64,000 nt of DNA from Lingula anatina (GCA_051362555.1 CM120644.1:3666954-3730953); one strand, 5' to 3'; positions 37,387 through 51,292 are shown, counted from the first letter of the stretch. Numbers and translations are program-made. The notes: generated by a model from the letters alone, not told the origin.

Positions 37387-39032
37387 CAGGGTTAATACTT
37401 AATATAGGAATATTATTTTTTGGCGAGTAAATTTTCTACAAAATATTTATTTTCACTCTAACTACTTTAAATCTGAGGTGTCACACCATGTGTAGCCAGG
37501 TGTGTTACCTAATTACCACACAACTGTCGAAACAATTGATGCATGCAGTTGTTTGTTCTGTGGTCAGAAATGTGAGGGGTGGTCTTTTCGGCAATTTCTT
37601 CCCTTGTATAAAAACGCATGGGTTTGGCCAATCTTTGGAGTGTATTTAGAGAAGCAACAAAGAGATCGCTCTGAAAATTGAGAGGTACCTTAGAGAAGAT
37701 ATGGTTCGACAGCTAAGCAACACAGCTTACTATAGGATTCTTGCTCTCTGAGAAAATGGCCAAAAACGGACAGCCATTGCCAGGCAATGCAACATTTATC
37801 AGGAACCGTTAGTTAAGTCCTCCAAAGAAATGCTACAACACGGGCATCTACTCCAATACCTCGACCGGGGTGTCCGCGTATCTTACCAAGAAGACAGGAT
37901 CGCCTTCTCCTTAGAGTGCGCCGCGCTGGTCGTACAAAGACAACCAGTGTCTTCAGAAAAGAGTGGCAGAATGTAATTGAAACGCCCATTTCAAGGTCCC
38001 TCGTGAACAAGAGATTACTGCAAGCTGGTTATTTTGCACGAAGACCAGTAGGGAAACCACTGTTAACAGCAGGTCATATACAGCGACGTCTGCAATGTCC
38101 TGGGGACCAGGTGCCTTTGCAGCCAAAACACTGGAATCACGCCGTTTTCAGTGATGAGGCCAGATATGGAGTTTTTAGGATTGGTGGTCAAATCTGTGTC
38201 CGCCGACGTGTCCGAGATGCATAAAACGATGATTGTGTACTGCCTAGGGTACAAGCAGGGGGTGGTAACGTCTCTGGGGAGCATTTCATGCCGGTGCCCA
38301 GAACCAGTTGGTTATTCTAGGAGGCAACCTCAACCAGGGTTCCTACAGAGACATTCTACAGCAAACAATGCTTCGATTTGTAAGAGTCATCTTCAGGAAC
38401 AACTTTGTGTACCAAGACGACTGCGCAACCCTACATCGAGCTCGCAGAATCACTGTTTTTCTTCGAAACCAATGGGTTCAGCAAATGCCCTGGCCTGAAA
38501 ACTCCCAAGATATGAACCCAATTGAAAGTCTGTGGGGGGAAGTAACTCACAGAATTAATAGCTATGGTCATCGACCGGTAAATAGTGATGAACTACGACA
38601 GGCAAATATCACTGCGTGGAATGATATCCCCATCCAGACTCTAAAAAACTTTTCACAGGGTATGCCATGTAGGATGAGGGCGATGCAAGAGGCTGCTGGA
38701 GGTCATACCCGCTATTGATGACTTTTCATGATTTACTGTAATGAGTTCTTTGACTGTGTAACATATCACTGTCGGGAGGCTATCATTTTCTTTAATATCT
38801 TAGCTTAAAATTAATACTGATATCAAACTGTTGAAATGGTTTTCTGGGGGTGTTCTTTTCTTTTGAATTACATCTTATGTCAGATTTGATATTATAACCA
38901 AAATATCTAACAATAGAAGACTGGATATTTTTATCATTCAATGACATACTTTTTTGATGAATCAAGCCAAATTTTTTTTCATCAGCCCTCAAAAATAACA
39001 ATGATAAAAATATTCCATATTAAGTAGTAACC

Positions 39033-39035
<3 letters not shown>
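37387..39035 (+). mobile_element. Full-length decayed Tc1 (DD34E) transposon
   Basis: TIR CAGGGTTAATACTTAATATAGGAATATT / AATATTCCATATTAAGTAGTAACCCGG, TA at the left flank and a (TA)n run at the right. Confidence 0.9.
37701..38718 (+). pseudogene. Tc1 transposase pseudogene
   Basis: PRPGCPR linker, KPLLT, FSDEAR, YQDDCATLH, WPENSQDMNPIESLW (D34E), GGHTRY*. Stops and frameshifts present. Confidence 0.9.

Positions 39036-39036
<1 letters not shown>

Positions 39037-39122
<86 letters not shown>
39037..39122. repeat. (TA)n microsatellite
   Basis: Perfect dinucleotide run; a similar run lies at 48242-48309. Confidence 0.95.
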
Positions 39123-39124
<2 letters not shown>

Positions 39125-39549
39125 ATGGCTGTAACGGTTATATACTGATTTAGAAATCAAACTCATTTCCATCGTTTTGTGAATGTAAAGTTTTGTTAAT
39201 TTGCCGCGACACTTCACTACCGTACTCGAGGAAAACAGGTGTGTCCTAAACCAAAGACATCATTCGTGTTTAGCAGCGACCTCACCCATGCCAAAATTGT
39301 CTAGTTTGCCGACGTTTGTCTTCTATTTAATTTGCAGGGTTGATGTTTAGTTTGAATGCAGCTATTGGTTTGGTTCTTATATTTTACTTCAAGACGTGTA
39401 TTAACTAAAAAGTAGAACGCAACGAGTACATTATGCACGAAACTTCTGATCAGAAATGAAATGAAAAAGTTTAACAAATGGAGTAGTTTGATATTGTACA
39501 TGCACATATGTTACTGAGTCGTTGTGCAGTACTTTTTCTATGCAGTATA

Positions 39550-41204
39550 CAACATTGGTCAAAAATGTCCCACCCCCATTTCCATGTACTTTTCTTTACA
39601 AATGATCACCTTACAGGTGTATATTGTTATAAACGGTGCTTTTTATGCTAGATACCATGTCTAACATGATTAATTTTTAAAAAAATACAAAATAGTGGTG
39701 TGAATATGCACATTTTATACCATTTAGTCACATTTATAACAGGCAACCCCTCAAATCCAATGTTTCACTGTGATCTCCACAGATGTAAAGAAGTGTCTAT
39801 AAAATTGAAAAGACGCCATCAAATGTCACCAAATTTACACAATTAGCATTAGGATGTGCTTGTTAAAGGTCACGTGCCTAATAGCGTGTGCGTATACCGC
39901 GTACTGCAATTATCTCCTGTAGATGTCGCGACAAGCCTTCAACAAGGGTAATAATTCTGTTTCGTGGGATATTGCCCCATCCATCTTATAGGGCGTGGCG
40001 GAATTGCTCCAGATTATTTCGTAATTGGTTCTCCTCTGCAATGCACATTCTAATTAATGCCACAGGTGCTCAGTAGAATTCATATAAGGGCTCAAAGACG
40101 GTGGTTCCATCCTTAGAGCATTGTGTTTCTACAACAAATCACTTGCCAGACGAGAGCTGTGAGCAAGTGCGTTGTCACAATGAAGCCGGTAGCATCCCTG
40201 AAGTCACCTCTTGCAAATGGAATGAACTATCTGTTGAGAATGTTACCGTAAAATGTCCCAGTTACGTTTTGTTACAGAAGGAACAATGTACTAATACCAC
40301 GGGCTTGGAATGTTCCCCAAATGCCGAGTGATCTAACACCATATTATCATGCGCACACCCTTCCAAGAGGCATTTTTCTACATGTCTACGGACCCTCCTT
40401 TGACCATCAATGAGATACAAGAAATAGTTTGATTCTGCAGCAAAACCGACTTCCTTCCATTGATGGATGGCCAGGTTCTGGTCCTTGTGGGATCACTGAA
40501 CGTAGCATACTCAGCCGGTTTCTCACTCCATCTTCAAGAACTGACTTTGGGGTTAACTCCAGGCTTCATCATAACAGCACACTTGCTCACACTTCTCGCC
40601 TGGCAAGTGATTTGTTGTAGAAACACAATGTTCTAAGGATGGAACCACCCTCTTTGAGCCCTGATATTAACCTTACTAATCACCTGTGACATGAATTGGA
40701 GTGTGCAATGCAGAGGAGAACCAACCCCATAAAAACGTGGACCAACCTCCCCAAGCTGTTGAGGAAGAATGGGATAATATCCCACGAAACAGAATTATTA
40801 CCCTTGTTGAAGGCTTGTCGCGACATCTACAGGAGATAATTGCAGTATGCGGTAGACACACACGCTATTTGGCACGTAATGTTTAACGAGTACACCTTAA
40901 TGCTAATTGTATGTAAATTTGGTGACATTTGATGACGTGTTTTCAATTTTATAGACATTTCTTTACATCTGTAAAAATCACAGTGAAACATTGGATTTGA
41001 GGGGGTACCTTTTATAAATTTGTCTAAATGGTATAAAATGTGTATATTTTCACCACTATTTTGTATTTTTTTAACCAGTTATCATGTTAGACATGGTATC
41101 TGGAATAAAAAGCACTAGTTATAACACTTTACACCTGTGTGCAGATCATTTGTAAATAAAAGTACATGGAAATGGGAGTGGAACAACCTTTTTGACCAAT
41201 GTTG
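39550..41204. mobile_element. Palindromic Tc1 derivative made of two inverted 3' arms
   Basis: TA-CAACATTGGTCAAAAA..TTTTTGACCAATGTTG-TA. Arms of about 620 bp each encode the transposase C-terminus (WDNIPRNRIITLV..HTRY). The centre carries a decayed DDE start on the minus strand. Confidence 0.85.
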
Positions 41205-42320
41205 TATGTGTTATTACAATTAGTTTATTCACTTGGGTCGGCAGTTGGTACCCATCAGTTCTCAATCCATAGCTGAAACGACACATTTGGAGCTATCATT
41301 TAACAGTTTTAACTGTTAAAACGTGAGCGCAAAAAGTGCCTTTCTTTTGTGATGTATACATGTATGCAAACGAAATGATTAAGTGATCGTTGTAACAGAG
41401 TAGCGTAAATCCCACATATTTTCCATAACAGGTGTTTTGTGAGGTGAAATTTGATGCTGAACACAAATCTGACAACCATTTATTTCTACAACAATTATTT
41501 ACGTCGGCAAAATGACAATTTTCAAAAAGTCCACCACGAGTTTCATCAACATCAGTAAACATACGACAAAAACAGATCTAATACGTCGATTTTGTTTGAG
41601 ACGTCCAGATGTTCTTTTCTATATATCTACCGCCCTTATCATACAGTATTTAGCAATGCAAGCTCGTAACTTCGAGGAGCATCTTTTTTATCTGAGAGAA
41701 GCTTATATGAATAATACTATACGGGCCTTTATAATAAGGCCATACATACTCTATGTGCCACAGTGTTAAAGAATCCTAATGCCTGTACCTAAAAACGCTA
41801 CATACTGCAGCGGGAATGTCGGTAACCGTGCTCTCTTACTGAGCACAATCCTGACCACCATCGTCACGACAATCTGATGTCCAGTAGCTCCAATTATAAC
41901 GGCATTTAAACACGTTTTAAAATACTGTCATTGTCAGATAGCCCATTAATCAGGCGTTTATTCATACAGAAATAAACATTTTAGTTGTTATATTTATATT
42001 CCTATTAATATAACACGATAAACTGATAGATAAAATGTTAACTTTATAGGATCGAACATGTCTAGTGTGCACTTATCTCCAACACGGCTCTCGTTAAGGG
42101 GTTAGAATTTAACACTTTGTTAGAATTAAAATTTTATAAAAGAAAATAATAAACAATTCAATTTTGAGTCTAAGATGTGATGTTAGCTAAACAATCTAAA
42201 AATTACACAACATAATACGATTGGTATAAGCGTTGAGGAAAATGTTAGCCAAAAGGTGCATTTTCTCCCTCTAATTCCTTTAATATTTTTTGTATTATAT
42301 TGTAAGTAGTCTCGGCTAAA

Positions 42321-44034
42321 TCAAAATGCGTGAAGCATAATATTATTAAATATATCTTTGTAATAACTACTCCTCAATAAAACTGAAAATTGGATGTTTT
42401 GCATCTTCATCAATTTGCAGTACGGTTTGTGAATGGTAAATCCACGGGTCCAACGACATGGCACAACATCTAAGGTTGTGTTAGACTTAGAGCTACAAAA
42501 GGCTACAATATTTCTGTTGACGTTTCTCAAATACTGAACTTCTTCGAAGAAATCGGCATTCTGCTTGTGAAGATCATTTTCAAATTTTCTTCTGAAATAG
42601 TCATACAACAAAAAATCTTTTTCACTGAATTTGTGCACCTTTTCATGTATTTCTGGGTCGGTGTTTCCTTTGATCCAGTCTTTGTAGTTTTTGTCCTTGA
42701 TTTCGTGTATTTTGAGGTATATGACATCTCCAATATCCCAGCAAAATCTTCGTTTCAGCATCACCAAACCCTCGTCTATGTATTCCATTATCAAAACATG
42801 ATCAAACTCCCTTTCTATATTGTTGATGAAGTTTTGCACTGAGTTTGTTGCAGCAGAATATCCCAAATAATTAATCATGACGTTGAATAACATATTAGAT
42901 ACTTTGGAGTTATAGAATGCAGGGGTACTGAGATATGTTTTTAACTGATTTTTTCCCCGAAGACCAAACTTTCTACTGACATTTGAGTAACCAAAAGCAG
43001 ACTTGAAACGACTTACTGGTTCTCTCAGCATAACAGCATAGACTGAATCCGAAGGCATCAGTTTCTCCACTGCCTTTCGATCATATTTACTATGGTGCGC
43101 CATTATATCATACTGCGGATTTCTGTCCAGTTTATCCCTCATGATGTCATATTCCGATTGCTTCAGTTTAAGTGCGTTTGTAGAAGCAGGGAGGGCAACT
43201 TTCAAATCATTACGAAAACCATAGCGAAGAAACACGTTGGCTACTGTGGTCGAACCGGTTTTTGGTATTTTCACGAAGACGATGTGTTTTGTGGGCATAC
43301 ATGTCGTCTGTGGATAGTGGTTTCGATATGACCCATTTTTAGTGGTTAGACTTAATTCTGGATCAACATTTAGACCAGACCAATACACTAAGGAGTTCTT
43401 CAAGTCCCCGATTAAGCATTCTGGCTTAGACCTTGAAAGGAATTTTATACATTTAATTAGTTCGACGAAATTAAAATGAACCCTGGGTGATTTTGTTGTC
43501 AATATCAGTTCCAGAATTTTGTCCTAATATTGTTTGACCATCACTTCCAATGCGAAAGGTAATGAATTTGTTTCAAATTTTCCCATACACGATTGTGACT
43601 TTGAAGCCACCTAGAATTGCAATCCTTTCTGTACGGAGAAGTCAATGAATAAATAATGTGTTTCTTTTTAATTATTGCTAAGATAGACTTATGCAATTGA
43701 CGTGGGTACTAAACGATAAACGAGGCCGATTCTATAATTATTAATATAATGACTTGAATTATTTTACGTGTAAGGCGCTTGTATTGCTCTAAAGTAAAGG
43801 TAGGCCTATATATTCAGAAAACTGTTGGTTTATTACACAAGAACTTTCATAAACGTATGAAGATTTTACAACTTACGGTTTAATGGTAGGGTCTCCTCCG
43901 TAAGAAATACGTGGATTTCCACCTCTGAGGTCTATGGAGGGTTTCCTTGTAACAGCCAGGAAATAAAATAAAATACTGCCTGTAAATATGCACACTATCA
44001 TAAAGATCGCAGGCTTCCATTTCAGTCCTGACAT
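42321..44034 (-). CDS. Galactose-3-O-sulfotransferase family (GAL3ST-like) Golgi type II protein; exons 44034-43877 and 43431-42321, about 422 aa (possible extra exon near 43628-43545)
   Basis: 5'-PSB HIVFVKIPKTGSTT, 3'-PB MLREPVSRFKSAFGY, and EYIDEGLVMLKRRFCW. The upstream exon has GCACCATG, MSGLKWKPAIFMIVCIFTGSILFYFLAV (TM) and a phase-2 GTAAGT donor. An in-phase acceptor CTAAT..TTCCTTTCAAG lies at 43432. Confidence 0.88.
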
Positions 44035-44606
44035 GGTGCTTACTAACCCGCTCTGTACAGAACCAACTTGTTGACTACTGGTTTCTTTCTGGTGACTAGC
44101 AATTGCCTAATACCAGCATTAATATTACTTTGTGGTAAGTTTATACGGTTTCTCATATATATATATGAGTTGTTAAAGGGGGTCTCGGCGACATTGATAC
44201 TTTTTGGGTGTCTACATCACCATTTCATGGAAATTCTTTATGTCATATCTTTAAAAAAATTCCTGAAATGTTGCCGAACTTCTAATAATTACCACAGGCT
44301 TACTTGATACGAATCTATTTAGAAAATAAAGACAGAATGATAATTTTGCGAGATCACGCTGTTCTTCCTCCAGTCCTGAAGCTGATATTGAAGCTTTCTG
44401 TCTGGATGATGGGATACTCCAGCCAGCAGGTACTTTTTAAATGTTAAAAAGTGTAATTCAAAGGTGGTGCAGGTCAGCTTTCTGTCTTACATTACAGCAT
44501 ATTTTCAATTTGTTTCAGCTGGCTCATGTCGCCTGACTCCCCCCCCCCCCCCCCTCCACCCTTAACAATCTGTACATACATTGTAAAGTATAAATGTAAC
44601 AGCCCA

Positions 44607-46392
44607 TTAATTTTGGTAACAATCTTTCGGGGCAGCCTTTCTGCGAAGTTGTCTTCGCGTCACTTTGCAATGACAGTATTTCTTTATGCGACTGTCCTCT
44701 GTACAGCAACAGTTGTTGTCATAGAGACTGAGTCGTATTACTGGTGTCATAACAGTATATTGGCTCTCTGTTGAGACAGAAACCATGTCCCTCGTCTCAC
44801 GTACAGACGCCTCAAATATCCCGCTCCCTGGCACCGTCTTAATAACTACAATATAAGTAACAAAAAACCTGCTGTAAGAGGTTACGGCTATGTAGGTTAT
44901 ATCTGAAATACGTAAAATGTCACACTCTGATGTCGCATTGACGAGAACGTTATTTATTTTGGTCAATACGGCATTCGCAATGAAGCGTGCTTTCCGTGAA
45001 TTAATATCCAGAAAAATTGGTTCCAGTGGTGTACATAAAGTGCAGGTGTCTTCTGGTATACCTGCTGAGGCACACGTCCTCCTGCTGGGGAGATTTCGGA
45101 ACAAACTTATTCCTTTAGCTATTCCTTCTCTACGTTTCTTGCCATTGATGCTTTCGGTATAAGTTGGTATATCAGAGTGAAGAATATCGACTAACGTGGA
45201 GTGGATATCGTATGAAGTAACCAATCGCTCTGTGTTCGAGTTTACAGCTGCTGCTATGTGTGGATACTGCTGCCTGAGCCATTTGGGCAGAACCATTATC
45301 AGGAGAGGATTACTGGCTTCTAGGCGGCCAATAGGGGTGGAGCGGAGCCTGCCAAACCTTGAAGAAATAAAGCGTAAAGGGTTTATAAAGGGGCAATAAG
45401 TTATTACGAGATGTTAAAGGTTGTCTATGAGAGAGAGAGAGAGAGCTAATATACGGGGACGAACTTCATTTGAATGGTGTACGGAGAAACGGTGAAAGTT
45501 ATCATCTACTATTAATGTATGTGTGACATGAGAGAGAGAGAGAATGGAGGGGAGAGTTCTTCGTACCTTGCACCATGGTCACTCATGAAAAATATTATTG
45601 TATTGTTAAAATACCCTCTTTCGTTGTGTTCTTTCAAAAAGTTTCTGTAATCAACGTCTGCTAACTGGATAGGGCTGTCAACATCATGAGTTAGTTCATT
45701 AAAAAAATAAAGTCCAAAATATGGATGACGTTGATAATTTTTAATATAATATTCCAGATACTGAAGTGCAATTCGATGTATAGGATCATTGCCCAGGCAG
45801 AAAGTCTGTGAGTCCCAATACAAGGAAGAGTTCTCCATTGCCACCCAGAAAGGATGTGTATAGAAGTCTGTCGGGGGCCGGGTAGGCTCGGGATCTATAT
45901 ACGTGAAGGTTGCGTATATTTTGTCCTCCAAATAAAATGTCTTATAGCCCTGTTCTGAGAAATGATTCCATATAAACGGGGAATCAATACTGGCCTCAGA
46001 CTGTGGTAATCCCGTCAGAAGCGGAAAAAGGTTTGGCAGAGAATTTTCACCAACTGTATGGTACCCGGAAAAAATGATGCCGTTCATTGCTTTTCTTAAG
46101 TATTCTGTTGTTTTTGGAAGATAACGAACGGCACTAGACATCGACACTCCGTCGTTGATCACAATTAACACATTCAGCCTTGGTTGATATCCTGTTATTT
46201 CAGTGTATTTTTCGGAAATAAACTCAGCTCTTTTTACCATGTGGAGATGAAAATTCTCATAAACTTTGTATCCGGATTTGTTCATGCAGGAAACATACAC
46301 AAAATCCTCCTGAAGTTTTACTCTATTTGCTGGAGGTAAATCAATCCTCTTACTTAAAACAAATGCCTCATCCTCTTTGTAAGGTTTTGTCG
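44607..46392 (-). pseudogene. DUF229 copy 5, 5'-truncated (exon 1 part 46392-45567, exon 2 45357-44607)
   Basis: Open frame, most similar to copy 1, but homology stops abruptly at 46392 (..TKPYK). The first approx. 135 codons, including the ATG and TM anchor, are not found upstream. Confidence 0.8.
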
Positions 46393-46597
46393 TTTAACAT
46401 TTAAGCAAAACAAAATGGCCTAACAATTATTTGTGTTTAAATGTTTTAACCCTCTAAATCTGCATAATGCCAAATAAACACTCATGTATGCAATTTTATC
46501 TCACAAAATAATGGAGTACGTTGATGGTTAAGTTTACTGTAAAGGATCGAGATACATGTACACCTTAGTCACAAAGTAATAAATGACATGGTGAAAC

Positions 46598-46632
<35 letters not shown>

Positions 46633-46982
46633 CAATAAATAAATTTAGATGGTGATTACTTAAAACTTAAATAAATTATAATATGATATTTGGTACATGA
46701 AAGATAACCAAAGATGCATTAAGTGTCCTAAGTTAAAAAACATTCAAAATGGCCATCAATTTTAAAAGGGTGCGGTGCCCATGTCATGAGTGAATAAATT
46801 TTCTTCAATTACATTACATTAGTCGGACAAAAAAGCAGGCTTACCCTCGCCTCTTGAATTCCCGGCTTAATCTTACTGTATGATATGTCTCACAACATAA
46901 TAGCGCCGCTACCGTTATTTGGTCCACCCTTTCCAATAACTTTAAGATCCTTAAAGAAGCCTTTAAGTGGACCTTTATCTCA

Positions 46983-47037
<55 letters not shown>

Positions 47038-48236
47038 GTGATGTGCCTTTGAGTTTTTGTCCCTGAATGCTTGAATAATGAATGAAATAATTGATTTGTG
47101 TGTCAGTAAATGTATGGGCGGATGTCGATAAAATTTTCAAGATTCCATAGATCAGTAATGGATCGGATAGATAAGAGTAGATTAGATTTTGGTGGTGATC
47201 TTAAAAACACTAATTTACTAATCTGTTAGAGACAGTATGCAAAAATTATGAAAAGATTTTGATAAAAATTTCAGTTTGGATTATGGTGGAGGTCCAGATT
47301 ACCCTTTTGTTGTCATGAGTTGCGAATATGATGAAATTGAGCTGCCTCGGCGAAGTTTAACGAGTGTTGTCTAGTTATATGGCAAACCATTCAACGAGAA
47401 CTGAAGACTGACGATCTTGAAAAAGGGGGGAAAATATTTATTTAGTAAATGAGAGAAATGTGTCAGATGAGTGTAATAATCCAGATATTAACATTAATAG
47501 CAAAGCCAATGTTTCATATATCTCAGCTTTCATGTATGTAAATTGATTTTTATGCTACTTATGCATGTGTTCGGTCACGAACCTTTATAAAAATGTGCTA
47601 GAGCTGATAAAGATCATCATGTTTATAATCATATACGGCGCATACTGTGTTTGGCACTCTGGGATTGAAGCAGGGATAAACTTCCTGGTCTGGGAGAGAA
47701 AGATATTCTCGTTTGCTTGCTTTCAGAGCTTTGTACGGCATGTTGGGCTATAGCCTATAACCTCCCCATAGAGTCAACACCCAGATTGTATCAGGGCGAA
47801 AAGAGACTTGGCGTCTGTAATCTACGCTGAGACGCGTCAGTATAGTGGAAGTGAACGTCAGTATATAAGAAGTGAACTCTTCTTTTTATTATATTGTATT
47901 TATGATATGCATATATTTGGTCTGTTTCAATAAATTTCATATCTTCCGAAACGAGTCACATTGCCAAACATTCAGCCTTAATGCGTGTAACAAAACAGGC
48001 GCTAAGAAATGTGTTTAGGAGCTAAACGCTGTTTCTAATGTAGCTGGCACGGTATGTGACGCAAGTGACGTTACCCCGTTGTAACCGGTTGCAATACCAT
48101 TTAAATAAACATTTCCTGGCGATCGGACAAACCCTGTGGGTTTGTGCGTGAAAGTCAGAGTTGAGGTTAAGACAGGTCTCCGGTTTATTTATTTTTTTTA
48201 ATTGTGTACAAATGCTCCGCATAGTACAGCTCTCTG

Positions 48237-48311
<75 letters not shown>

Positions 48312-48961
48312 TATTAGCGCATATTGCATAATTTGTTTATGATAAAAACATTCAAATATGTCAAAAAAGTGTGTGTTACATTTTTAGTTATTACTCTACT
48401 AGTTAATATGTCCATTCTGATTTTTATGTAAGTATTCTTTAAAAATTCTTAGAATGAGTAAATGAAATGTTTATAGATTGGCCACCACTTTTAAAAAGCT
48501 TTGCCTATGATTTGCTAAAGGGGGTCTCGGCAACTTTGCCATTTTTCAAAAGTGTGTACATCACCATTTCAGGGGAATTCTTTCTATCACATTAAAAAAA
48601 TCCTTGATATGTTGCCAAATTTCTCATTAATACCATAGGCATACCCGAAGCGAAATCATTAAGGAAATAAAGACAGAATGACAAGTTTGCCATATCAAAT
48701 ATGGAAATAATGCTGTTCTTCCTACAGTGCTGATATTTGAATCTTTCTGTCTGCATGATGGGGTACTGCAGTTTGCGTGTATTTTTTTAAATGTAAAAAC
48801 GTGTAATCCACGGGTTGTACAGGCCAGCTTTGATTACAACCTTGAACTGAATACATTTCAACATTTAGGCTCTTGTCACCTGCCCACTCCTCCCCCCCCC
48901 CCACCCCCCTTAACAACCAGCATATAGTGTGAAGTATAAATGTAAGTACCCCTAAATTTTG

Positions 48962-49971
48962 TTAATAATATTACGGGAAGACCTTACTGCGGCTTTGCCT
49001 ACGTGTCACCTTGCAATGACAGTATTTGTCATTTTGCGACTGTCCTCTGCACAGCAACAGTTCTTGTCATAGAGACTGATTCGTATTACTGGTGTGATAA
49101 CAGTATATTGGCTCTCTGTGGAGTCAGAAGCCATGGCCCATGTCTCAAGTACAGACGCCTCAAATATCCCGCTCCCTGGTACCGTCTTAATAACTACAAT
49201 GTAAGTAACAGAAAACCTGTTGTCAGAGGTTACGGCAATATAGGTAATATCTGAAATCAGTAAAACGTCACACTCTGATGTCGCATTGACGAGAACGTTA
49301 TTTATTTTGGTCAATACGGCGTTTGCAATGGAGCGTGCTTCCTGTGAATTAATATCCAGAAAAGTTGGTTCCATTGGTGTACATAAAGTGCAGGTGTCTT
49401 CTGGTATACCTGCTGAGGCACACGTCCTGCTGGGAAGATTTTGGAACAAACTTATTCCTTTCGCAAGTCTTTCTCTACGTTTCTTGCCATTGGTACTTTT
49501 TTTTGGTAATTGGCAAATCAGAGTGAAGTATATCGACTAACGTACCGTGGATTTCGTACGGAGTAACCAATCGCTCTGCGTTCGAGTTTACAGCTTTTGC
49601 TATGTGCGGGTACTGCTGCTTGAGCCATGGTGGCAGAACCATTGTTAGCAGAGGGTTGCTGGCTTCTAGGTGACCAATAGGGGTGGAACGGAGCCCGAAA
49701 AACCTTGAAGAAACGACAGATATAAGTGAATATAAACAGACAAGACGTGAATATAAACAGACAGACTGGCCTTCGTTAAAAGTAAAAATAAGAATGCAGA
49801 GAGTGTATAAGAGTGTGAGAGTATGAGAGTGTGACATACAGAGAGAGAGGACTCTTCGTAATGAACAAAAAGAAGTTACTTTGTATCTATTAGCTTTTAA
49901 TGACAAAGAAAGAGAGAGTTTTGCGCGAAAGAAGGGGGTAAGAAGGTAAGAAGTTAAAAGTTATGCGCGCT

Positions 49972-50028
<57 letters not shown>

Positions 50029-51292
50029 GATGAAGATGTAGCTCTATATATACGTACCGTGAACGGTAATCGCTCATAAATAACATTATCGTATTGTTAA
50101 AATGTCCTCTTTCATTGTGCTCTTTCAGGAAGTCTCTGTAATCAGCGTCTGCTAACTGGATAGCACTTCCATAATCGTGGCTTAATTCATTTAAAAAATA
50201 AAGACGAAAATACGATTGACGTTGGTAATTTTCAACGTAATATCCCAGATACTGAAGTGCAATTCGATGTATAGGATCATTGCCCAGGCAGAAAGTCTGT
50301 GAGTCCCAATACAAGGACGAATTTTCCATTGCCACCCAGAATGGATGTGTGTAGTAGTCTGCTGGCGGCCGGGTAGCCTCAGGATCTACATACGTGAAGG
50401 TGGCCCATACTTTGTCCTCCAAGTAAAACGTTTTATAGCCTTTCTCCGAGAAGTGTTTCCATACAAACGGGGCATCAATACTGGCCTCAGTATGGGGCAA
50501 TCCCGTCAGAAGCGGGAACAAATTCGGTAGAGAATTCTCACCAACTGCATGGCATCCTGGAAATATGGTACCGTTCATTGCTTTTCTTAAGTATTCTGTT
50601 GTTTTTGGAAGATAACGAACGGCACCAGACATCGACACTCCGTCGTTGATCACAATTAACACATTCAACCTTGGTTGATTTCCTGTTATTTCAGAGTATT
50701 TTTTGGAAATAAGCTCTTCTCTTTTTACCATGTGGAGATGGAAATTCTCATAAACTTTGTATCCAGTTTCGTTAATGCAGAAAACATACACAAAATCGTC
50801 CTGAAGTTTTACTCTATTTGCTGGAGATAAATCAATCCTTTTACTAAAAACAAATGCCTCATCCTCTTTGTAAGGTTTTGTCGGGTGTCGTATGTATTGA
50901 TAATAACAGTGTATGTTATCGGTTACCCTTGAATAGTTTTTGATGATAAGCGTCAAGTATCCGTCTCCGTCAACTTTACTTTCAGCCACCGATGCCTGTC
51001 TTCTACATTTGAGCGGCGGGGAATGGGGAATATATGGCAGAGCGGAGGGATGGAACGGATCCAGTTTCTTCAATGTCGTGTTCTTGCATGAAATTGACCG
51101 CGTATCTTGTATATGGATTTTCGACTTTATGTCTCCTTTTCTCGCCGTGAAATGCTGTGTAAAGTGGGATTGCCCATGTAAGTAACCGCTGTCCATGTAA
51201 CGAAGCCATGTCACAGCTGACAACAGTTAATATAGTCCCAGAACACATATAGCAGAGGCGACCACCGTCAACGTTATCGAGCCAAATTTCAT
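48962..51292 (-). pseudogene. DUF229 copy 6, pseudogene (exons 51292-50058 and 49703-~48962)
   Basis: MKFGSITL.. start with Q22>TAA (51227-51229), SDHG>SDYR, and frameshifts in exon 2 (A-run near 49500, near 49030). Confidence 0.88.

Noticed and set aside
43432-43628. GAL3ST as a pseudogene (stop codons upstream of the ORF, no ATG)
   Set aside because: An upstream TM exon splices in phase to a good acceptor at 43432, bypassing the stops.
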